Notes: generated by a model from the letters alone, not told the origin. A stretch of DNA of 6,008 nucleotides from Octopus sinensis (GCF_006345805.1 NW_021829740.1:1-6008), one strand, 5' to 3'; numbered from the stretch's first letter, positions 1 to 5,669 are shown. A program made the numbers and translations.

Positions 1-5
1 CCCCT

Positions 6-23
6 TCTCTCTCTCTCTCTCTC
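6..23. repeat. (TC)9 microsatellite
   Basis: Direct reading of a perfect TC dinucleotide run. Confidence 0.9.
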
Positions 24-163
24 ATAGACTCAGCAACACAGATATCTATATATAGCTCTTCACAAACTACAATAGCCATGTATACACTTTCTAAGACACA
101 ACCATTGTTGCGTGAACTAAGTCATGCTTCCCTAAACCTCGACACTTCAGTACATACACACTG

Positions 164-805
164 ATGTGTGTATGTATGTATGTATGTATGTATGTATGTA
201 TGCATGTATGTATGTATGTATGTATGTATGTATGTATGTATGTATGTATGTATGTATGTGTATGCATGTATGTATGTATGTATGTATGTAGTAGTATGTT
301 GTATGTATGTATATGTATGTAGTGGTAGGTATGTATGTGTGTATGTATGTATGTAGTATGTATGTATGCATGCATGTATGTATTGTATGTATGTATGTAT
401 GTATGTATGTATGCATGTATGTATGTAATGTATGTATATGTATGTATGTTGGTAGGAATGTATGTGTGTATGTATGTATGTATGTATGTATGTATGTTGG
501 TAGGTATGTATGTGTGTATGTATGTATGTATGTATGTATGTACGTATGCATGTATGTATGAATGTATTTACGTATGCATGTGTGTTTGTACGTATGTATG
601 CATGTGTGTATGTATGTATGTATGTATGTATGTGTGTGCATTTGTATGTATGTGTATGTGTATGTATGTATGCGTGTGTGTTTGTATGTATGTATGTGTG
701 TTTGTATGTATGTGTGTGTATGTATGCATTCATGCATGCATGTATGTATGTATGTATGTATGTATGTATGTATGTATGTATGTATATATATATATGTATG
801 TGTAT
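164..805. repeat. Long imperfect (TATG)n / (CATA)n tetranucleotide microsatellite, ~640 bp
   Basis: Continuous TATG units with TGTG, CATG and TAGG variants. It accounts for all HTYI/MYVC-type ORFs between 91 and 876. Confidence 0.97.
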
Positions 806-1020
806 CTTTTTTTGTTTTTCTTGTTTCGGTCATTAGACCGCGGCCAAGCTGGGGCACCGCCTTAAAGAATTTTTAATCGAATAACTCGACCCCAGCACTT
901 ATTTTTTGAAAGCCTAGTGCTTATTCTGTCCGTTATTTTTGCCGAACCGCTAAGTAATAGAGACATAAACACACCATCACGTGTCGTGAAGTGGTGATGG
1001 AAGACAAATACAGACACACA
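806..1020 (-). mobile_element. 3' half (tail) of a tRNA-derived SINE, family A (octopus OK-like); no 5' head present
   Basis: ttgtttcggtcattagaccgcggccaagctggggcacc...cgaccccagcacttatt...gccgaaccgctaagt aligns by eye with four other copies in the window (2074-2270, 2526-2746, 3458-3653, 4675-4887). The T-rich run at 806-826 is the A-rich 3' end on the minus strand. Confidence 0.85.
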
Positions 1021-1028
1021 CATACGCT

Positions 1029-1057
1029 CGCGCGCGCGCGCGCGCACACACACACAC
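1029..1057. repeat. (CG)8 followed by (CA)6 alternating purine-pyrimidine tract
   Basis: Direct reading: cgcgcgcgcgcgcgcgcacacacacacac. Confidence 0.95.
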
Positions 1058-1060
1058 TGA

Positions 1061-1280
1061 TGATTGCTTGGCGTTGAGAAACAACAGCACTTTCAACCAC
1101 ATATAGTCCAGAATCTTGTCAGTATCTTCGTGGTTTCGGAGGCAAGGCATCTGATTCCATTGGAGTTAACTGTGCACTCCGAGGAGAGCATGGAGGAGCC
1201 CCAAGAGAAGAAGTGAGCCAATTTCGAGGAGGTGGTTTGTGCTGCCGAGGGAGTTGTTGCAAGACCAGGTATTTGTTAGT
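1061..1280 (+). mobile_element. Degenerate non-LTR retrotransposon ORF fragment, restriction-like endonuclease domain (HERO-type), part 1
   Basis: Frame +2 from 1064 reads LLGVEKQQHFQPHIVQNLVSIFVVSEARHLIPLELTVHSEESMEEPQEKK*ANFEEVV, then frame +1 reads CRGSCCKTRYLLV. This resembles the recalled HERO-type RLE C-terminus (L.VDL..QL.FP.HI..T.LRPDIV.VSE.......LELTVPWE..MEEA.ERK..KY..LV..C...GW..RC.PVEVG). It has a TGA stop at 1214-1216, a frameshift near 1238, and no catalytic RPD motif. Confidence 0.8.
1271..1280 (+). repeat. Left target-site duplication ATTTGTTAGT
   Basis: Identical 10-mer at 1635-1644. The two copies flank the SINE at 1281-1634. Confidence 0.92.
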
Positions 1281-1634
1281 GCGGAAGCACTCCGTCGGTT
1301 CCGACGATGATGGTTCCGGTTGATCCGAATCAACGGAACAGCCTGCCCGTGAAATTAACGTGTAAGTGGCTGAGCACTCCACAGACACGTGTACCCTTAA
1401 CTTAGTTCTCGGGGATATTCAGCATGACACAGAGAATGACAAGGCCGGCCCTTTGAAATACAGGTACAACAGAAACAGGAAGTAAGAGTGAGAGAGAGTT
1501 GTGGTGAAAGAGTACAGCAGGGTTCACCACCATCCCCTGCCGGAGCCTCTTGGAGCTTTTAGGTGTTTTCGCTCAATAAACACTCACAACGCCTGGTCTG
1601 GGAATCGAAACTGCGATCCTACTTGCGCCTCCAC
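1281..1634 (-). mobile_element. tRNA-derived SINE, family B1 (octopus OR-like), both ends present, A-box deleted
   Basis: The minus strand begins GTGGAGGCGCAA, keeps a B-box-like GTTTCGATTCC, and aligns with the 4259 copy over roughly its first 185 nt. It is bounded by a perfect 10-bp TSD. Confidence 0.9.
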
Positions 1635-1644
1635 ATTTGTTAGT
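1635..1644 (+). repeat. Right target-site duplication ATTTGTTAGT
   Basis: Identical to 1271-1280. Confidence 0.92.
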
Positions 1645-1796
1645 AGGAGTTGGCAGTCGAAAGTTCGCGGATCGTTCTCTGAATAAGGCTTACAGAACCC
1701 TGGACATTACAGTAGGAAAGGCGTAGAAGAAGAGCCCCCAAAGCAACACAAGGGGCTGCTAAGAAGGCACTAAATTGTTTTGCGAATAGAATCTAA
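1645..1796 (+). mobile_element. Degenerate HERO-type RLE retrotransposon ORF fragment, part 2 (ORF C-terminus)
   Basis: After removing the SINE and one TSD copy, the frame continues GVGSRKFADRSLNKAYRTLDITVGKA. After a frameshift near 1724 it reads RRRAPKATQGAAKKALNCFANRI* (TAA 1794-1796). This resembles the recalled consensus EVGCRGFAGRSL.KAY..LGITG..RRRAI......AE.ASRWLW..R. Confidence 0.8.
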
Positions 1797-1961
1797 TTGA
1801 TGGAAAACTTTTCCCCAAAGTGCTGCGCAGTGAATGAATCTGAACACGAACGCAAGTCTGAACATATAAGTCTTGACCATACAGCCACACGTTGTGTTTA
1901 AGAAGCAGCATGAGTCGTATTGCATTAATATCTGACATCCAGTTACTTATTTAATTTTATT

Positions 1962-2011
1962 CACACACACACACGCACAAACACACTCATATACATATAT
2001 ACACACCACGC

Positions 2012-2042
<31 letters not shown>

Positions 2043-2070
2043 ATATAATATATATAATATATATATATAT
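1962..2070. repeat. Compound (CA)n-(TA)n microsatellite
   Basis: Direct reading. Confidence 0.92.
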
Positions 2071-2073
2071 AAT

Positions 2074-2471
2074 CTTTTATCATTTATTTGTTCAGTCCAG
2101 TGGGACTGGTCCATGCTGGGGTACCAACTCATAGGGGTCAGTCGAATAAATCGAGCCCAGCACTTATTTCTAAGTCAGGTAGTTATCCTCTCGGTCACTT
2201 TTTTCGAATCACCGAAACAAGCCAATACCGGTCGTTAAGCGGTGGTGAAGCTCAAATAAATACAGAATGATATACTCATAATTGCACACAAGCACACACG
2301 CACACACACACATGTACACACGAGAGGCTTCTTTCAGTTTCCATCTACCAAATCCACTCACAAAGCTTTGGTATGCTCGAGGCTATAGTAGAAGTCACTT
2401 GCATAATGTTCCAAGCAGCGGGACTGAACATGGAACCATGTAGTTGGGGAAACAAACTTCTTACCTCTCAG
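2074..2471 (-). mobile_element. Near full-length, diverged tRNA-derived SINE, family A (octopus OK-like): head, central domain, internal GT microsatellite, tail
   Basis: A B-box-like GTTCAGTCCC lies on the minus strand (gggactgaac, 2420-2429). The central block cagtttccatctaccaaatccactcacaaagc...ggctatagtagaag matches 4592-4674 and the reverse complement of 5233-5400. There is a CA run at 2285-2321, and the tail at 2074-2270 matches the other tails. Confidence 0.88.
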
Positions 2472-2510
2472 ATAGATAGATATGTGTGTGTGTGTATGTG
2501 TGTGTGTATG
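2471..2510. repeat. Short (GATA)n-(TG)n microsatellite
   Basis: Direct reading. Confidence 0.8.
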
Positions 2511-2525
2511 AATAAAATCAAATAA

Positions 2526-2746
2526 GTGTGTGTGTGTTCGTGTTTGTAATTTGTCCTCTATCGTCGCTTAAAGCAACCAGTGTTGGCTACAGTACGTCCC
2601 CGTAACTTAGCAGTTCGGCAAAAAATCTCCATAGAATAAGCATCAAGCTTTTTAAAAAATAAGTACTGGGCTCGATTTATTAGTCTAAACGCAATAAAGG
2701 GTTGCTACAGCATGTCCCCGGTCCAATGACTGAAATGAGTGAAAGA
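2526..2746 (+). mobile_element. 3' half of family A SINE, 5'-truncated
   Basis: cgtccccgtaacttagcagttcggcaaaa...atagaataag...aagtactgggctcga...ggtccaatgactgaaa is the reverse complement of the tails at 806-1020 and 3458-3653. Confidence 0.88.
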
Positions 2747-2865
2747 CACACGCACGCGCATGCACGAACACACACACAATATATGTATGTATGTATTCAT
2801 GCAAGCGCATGCGTGCATATGTGTATGCGTATGCATGCATGTACGTATTTATGAATGTATATGTG
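2747..2865. repeat. Degenerate alternating purine-pyrimidine microsatellite (CA/CG/TA/TG mix)
   Basis: Direct reading: cacacgcacgcgcatgcacg...atgtatgtatg...gcatgcgtgcatatgtgtatgcg. Confidence 0.85.
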
Positions 2866-2872
2866 CAAACAG

Positions 2873-2994
2873 GCTTACTCAAGCAGACGACCGACTTCTT
2901 GTTGCACGATGGCAGCCTTAACGATGTAAATATAGCCATGCCGTCAGTGAAGGTCGTACACACAGACACAGCTTTAATGTCGAGTGTAGTCTAA
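2873..2994 (+). other. Weak candidate terminal coding exon (LLKQTTDFLLHDGSLNDVNIAMPSVKVVHTDTALMSSVV*)
   Basis: The sequence is non-repetitive and more GC-rich than its flanks. It stays open for ~40 codons after CAG (AG at 2871-2872) and ends in TAA at 2992-2994. It has no polypyrimidine tract and no recognised homology. Confidence 0.2.
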
Positions 2995-3220
2995 TTCAAG
3001 TCTAAACCAAGTGCACTCGTTGAATATCTTATTCCTTTACACGTCTAGACTAATCGATCATATTATATTTTCAACATGTCTGTCAGGACAAGCAGACGAC
3101 ACCTAGAAGCACTTCACTCTCTTTAAATAAGTACTTCATATTGACTTATTTCACTGTTATTTCTCGTTGTTGATTTAAGATTTATAATACACCAACTCGC
3201 ATATGAAGTGGTGGCTTTAT

Positions 3221-3292
3221 GTGTCCACTCGACCGGCTAGAAATAGCAGTGAAATCTCTCTCTGAAACCGAGCCTTATCGTCTTGGATGTAG
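3221..3292 (+). mobile_element. Short fragment of an interspersed repeat (family D), related to 4900-5152
   Basis: Shares agaaatagcag..aaatctc (3239-3258) with 4942-4961. Confidence 0.55.
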
Positions 3293-3300
3293 TGTTTAAA

Positions 3301-3319
3301 GACAGATAGACAGACAGAC

Positions 3320-3378
<59 letters not shown>

Positions 3379-3434
3379 GACAGACAGAAAGACAAACAGA
3401 CAGACAGATAGACAGATAGATAGATAAATAAATA
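3301..3434. repeat. Compound (GACA)n/(GATA)n microsatellite
   Basis: Direct reading. It produces the LSIY/LSVC ORFs. Confidence 0.97.
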
Positions 3435-3457
3435 ATCTTTGCATCCTTTATCTCGTA

Positions 3458-3653
3458 ACTTGTTTCAATTATTGGACAGCGACCATGCTGGGGCACTAAC
3501 TTTACAGGTTTAGTCGAATTAATCGACCCTAGTACATTTTTCTATATTGCCTCGTACTATTCTGTCGCTCTCTTTTAGCCGAACCGCTAAGTTACAGGTA
3601 AACAAAGCAACACCGATTGTCAAGTGGTGTATGTGTGTGTGACAAACAGACAC
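3458..3653 (-). mobile_element. 3' half of family A SINE
   Basis: acttgtttc...gaccatgctggggcac...gtcgaattaatcgaccc...gccgaaccgctaagttac...ccgattgtcaag aligns with the other family A tails. Confidence 0.87.
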
Positions 3654-3676
3654 GCACGCACGCACAAACACACACA

Positions 3677-3714
<38 letters not shown>

Positions 3715-3789
3715 AGAAATTATGTGGAAGTCTGTTGTATATATATGTGTGTGTGAATATAATACGATATATATTATATACAATATAAA

Positions 3790-3821
<32 letters not shown>
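3654..3821. repeat. Compound (CA)n then degenerate (TA)n microsatellite
   Basis: CA run at 3654-3711, TA-rich region at 3738-3821. Confidence 0.9.
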
Positions 3822-3824
<3 letters not shown>

Positions 3825-3825
3825 A

Positions 3826-4120
3826 TGAATGATCGGCCATGAATGATCATGAAAGCTCCTCTCTGACGCACGAGTCAGCAGTCGCCCATGCATACCAGCC
3901 TCCCCTCTTCACACCACCGATGTTATCCAAGGGGAAGGGAAAAGCTGATACAGCTTGGCACCAGTGACTTCGCAAAACATTTCTGCAGGTGAGTGAACTG
4001 AAGCAACACGAAATAAAGTGGTTTTGCTCAAGAAACACAACACCAGAGCCCGTTCTGGAGATCGAACTCACTACCTCATGGGTGTGAGTGAGCCCGACGC
4101 TCTAACCACTGAACCATGCG
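3826..4120 (-). mobile_element. tRNA-derived SINE, family C, with a CORE-like central domain (possibly octopus OR2-type CORE-SINE)
   Basis: The minus strand has an A-box TGGTTCAGTGG (4106-4116) and a B-box GAGTTCGATCTC (~4058-4069). These are followed by TGTTGTGTTTCTTGAGCAAAACCACTTTATTTC, which resembles the CORE-SINE start (TGTGTCCTTGxGCAAGxCACTT). The family name is from memory. Confidence 0.8.
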
Positions 4121-4121
4121 G

Positions 4122-4172
4122 ATATATTATATATATATATATATATATATAATATATTATATAATTATATAT

Positions 4173-4217
<45 letters not shown>

Positions 4218-4258
4218 ATATATTAAATCAACACAACCACGCACACACACATATATAT
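4122..4258. repeat. (TA)n-rich microsatellite with a short CA run, separating two head-to-head SINEs
   Basis: Direct reading. 4122-4228 is purely A/T. Confidence 0.93.
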
Positions 4259-4563
4259 GTGGAGGCACATGGCCTAGTGGTTAGAGCAGCGGACTCGCGG
4301 TCGAGGGATTGCGGGTTCGAATCTCAGACCGGGCGATGTGTGCATTTATGAGTGAAACACCTAAGCTCCACGCGGCTCCGGCGGAAGGTAATGGCGAACT
4401 TCTGCTGACTCTTTCGCCACACCTTTCTCTCGCTCTTTCCTCCTGCATCTTGCAGCTCACCTGCGACGGACCGGCGTCCCGTCCAGGTGGGGAACCTATA
4501 CGCCAAGGAAACCGGGAAACCGGCCCTTGTGAGCCAGGCGTGACTCGAGAAGGAACAAACAAT
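4259..4563 (+). mobile_element. Full-length tRNA-derived SINE, family B2 (octopus OR-like head, different 3' tail from the 1281-1634 copy)
   Basis: GTGGAGGCAC start, A-box TGGCCTAGTGG (4270-4280), B-box GGTTCGAATCT (4314-4324), ~120 nt of body shared with 1476-1600, then a distinct tail ending AGGAACAAACAA. Confidence 0.92.
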
Positions 4564-4591
4564 ACATGTGTGTGTGTGTATACACCTGATA

Positions 4592-4674
4592 GGATTCCTC
4601 ACAGTTTCCGTCTACCAAATTCACTCAAAAGTCTATGGACGGTATGGGGCTATAGTAGGAGACACAGGCCCATG
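4592..4674 (-). mobile_element. Central-domain fragment of family A SINE in inverted orientation
   Basis: cagtttccgtctaccaaattcactca...ggctatagtaggagacac aligns with 2335-2400. Confidence 0.82.
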
Positions 4675-4887
4675 TTTGTATATATATCTATTGCGTGTGT
4701 GTTTTTTTGTGTAAGCGCTTGTCCACCACCGGCACATGATAACAACCGGTGTTGCTTTGTTTGCGTCTCCGTGACTTTAGATAGAATGAGTACCAGGCTT
4801 TAAAAAAATTGTACTGGGGTCGACTAAAATCTTCAAGGTGGTGCCCCAGCATGACCGCAGTCAAATGACTGAAACAAGTAAATAAGA
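4675..4887 (+). mobile_element. 3' half of family A SINE (internal TA/GT microsatellite plus tail)
   Basis: acaaccggtgttg...gatagaatgagtaccaggctt...gtactggggtcgact...ggtggtgccccagcatgaccgcagtcaaatgactgaaacaagtaaa. Confidence 0.9.
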
Positions 4888-4899
4888 CGATGCTTATCC

Positions 4900-5152
4900 A
4901 TGAGCGAACGCTCGAACCGTTATGTAGACTCTCAATCCACCAGAAATAGCAGCTAAATCTCAGTCAAATCCCATAGAAAAGTAAGAACTCATTGACTAAT
5001 GTAATCCTAGATACACTGTGTCTGGGAATAAAAGACGAGAAGATAGAAGTAAGGATGTCGCTTATCATGTGTCTATGGAATTTGAGCTGACCTTGGTTTA
5101 AGCAACAATAACAACAAAAACAAACAACAACAACAAGAACAAAAACAACAAC
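4900..5152 (+). mobile_element. Interspersed repeat (family D, probably a retroposon 3' end) with a (CAA)n-rich tail
   Basis: Shares a motif with 3221-3292. It ends gctgaccttggtttaag followed by a degenerate CAA repeat at 5103-5152, a typical simple-repeat retroposon tail. Confidence 0.6.
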
Positions 5153-5174
5153 ATTGCATATTCAAATATATCGA

Positions 5175-5200
5175 CACACACACACACACACACACACACA
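5175..5200. repeat. (CA)13 microsatellite
   Basis: Direct reading. Confidence 0.95.
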
Positions 5201-5232
5201 TTAATAGTGAAGTATGTCTTTTATTAATTTTC

Positions 5233-5400
5233 ATGGCTGTGTTGTTAAGAAACTCACTATGCAACCTCGTGGTCTCGGGTTCAATTCAACTGTGCAGCAC
5301 CTTGGGCATGTGATTTCTATTATAGCCTCAAGGGCCGATGCCTTGTGAGAGAATTTGAAAGCCGGAGCTATGTGAAAGCTCATCGCGTGTATATATATAT
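5233..5400 (+). mobile_element. 5' half (tRNA head plus central domain) of family A SINE, tail absent
   Basis: Degenerate A-box TGGCTGTGTTG (5234-5244), B-box GGTTCAATTCA (5278-5288), then caccttgggcatgtg...ctattatagcctc...gccttgtgagagaatttg. This is the reverse complement of the 2335-2470 region. Confidence 0.85.
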
Positions 5401-5435
5401 CAACTATCGCTGTCGCTGGTGTCACGTTCCAAAAC

Positions 5436-5616
5436 ATCCCGCGATAGGTGAAAATCCGCGAAGTAAAAACTATACTGTACTATATATATTTGTTTTATTA
5501 TTTTTTATAATTTGTATATATTTATTTTATCATAAATGCAAAACAACACCACAGAGGAATTGATGTAAGCTTAAATGATAAAGGTGATAGGTGAACCGCG
5601 ATATGGCGTGGGATTA
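5436..5616 (+). mobile_element. Probable right end of a pogo/Tigger-like (Tc1/mariner superfamily) DNA transposon or MITE
   Basis: 5586-5616 (gataggtgaaccgcgatatggcgtgggatta) reverse-complements to TAATCCCACGCCATATCGCGGTTCACCTATC, which resembles recalled Tigger-type TIRs (CAGTAATCCCTCG..ATATCGCGGTTC). A subterminal copy, gcgataggtgaaaatccgcga, lies at 5441-5461. The outermost CTGTA is missing and no partner TIR was found. Confidence 0.55.
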
Positions 5617-5622
5617 ATTAAA

Positions 5623-5624
5623 AT

Positions 5625-5669
<45 letters not shown>
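5623..5669. repeat. (TA)n microsatellite
   Basis: Direct reading. Confidence 0.95.

Noticed and set aside
91-876. Nine long overlapping ORFs (HTYI- and MYVC-rich, up to 236 aa)
   Set aside because: They are translations of the TATG/CATA microsatellite, which lacks stops in several frames. There is no splice or codon evidence.
1123-1268. Apparent plus-strand exon (AG at 1121-1122, GT at 1269-1270)
   Set aside because: Its coding-like composition is explained by the retrotransposon ORF, which continues on both sides. Exonisation cannot be excluded without RNA data.
1119-1388. 89-aa minus-strand ORF (MSVECSATY...PPKPRRY)
   Set aside because: It spans the SINE tail and the antisense strand of the HERO-type fragment, crossing the TSD junction, so it is a chimeric artefact.
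2088-2270. 60-aa ORF MFSPVGLVHAG...
   Set aside because: It is the antisense reading of a family A SINE tail.
3217-3871. ORFs rich in LSIY, CVCV and YIYI
   Set aside because: Products of GATA/GACA, CA and TA microsatellites.
4259-4335. tRNA gene (A and B boxes present)
   Set aside because: The anticodon and acceptor stems do not pair properly, and the sequence continues into a SINE body shared with 1281-1634. The same applies to the heads at 4050-4120, 2400-2471 and 5233-5300.
4309-4803. 164-aa ORF, plus overlapping 92-93 aa minus-strand ORFs
   Set aside because: It reads through three different repeat pieces and a GT microsatellite, and I recognise no domain.
806-4887. CRISPR-like or regularly spaced repeat array
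   Set aside because: The repeats are ~200-bp diverged SINE tails in both orientations at irregular spacing, in clearly eukaryotic DNA with no cas genes.
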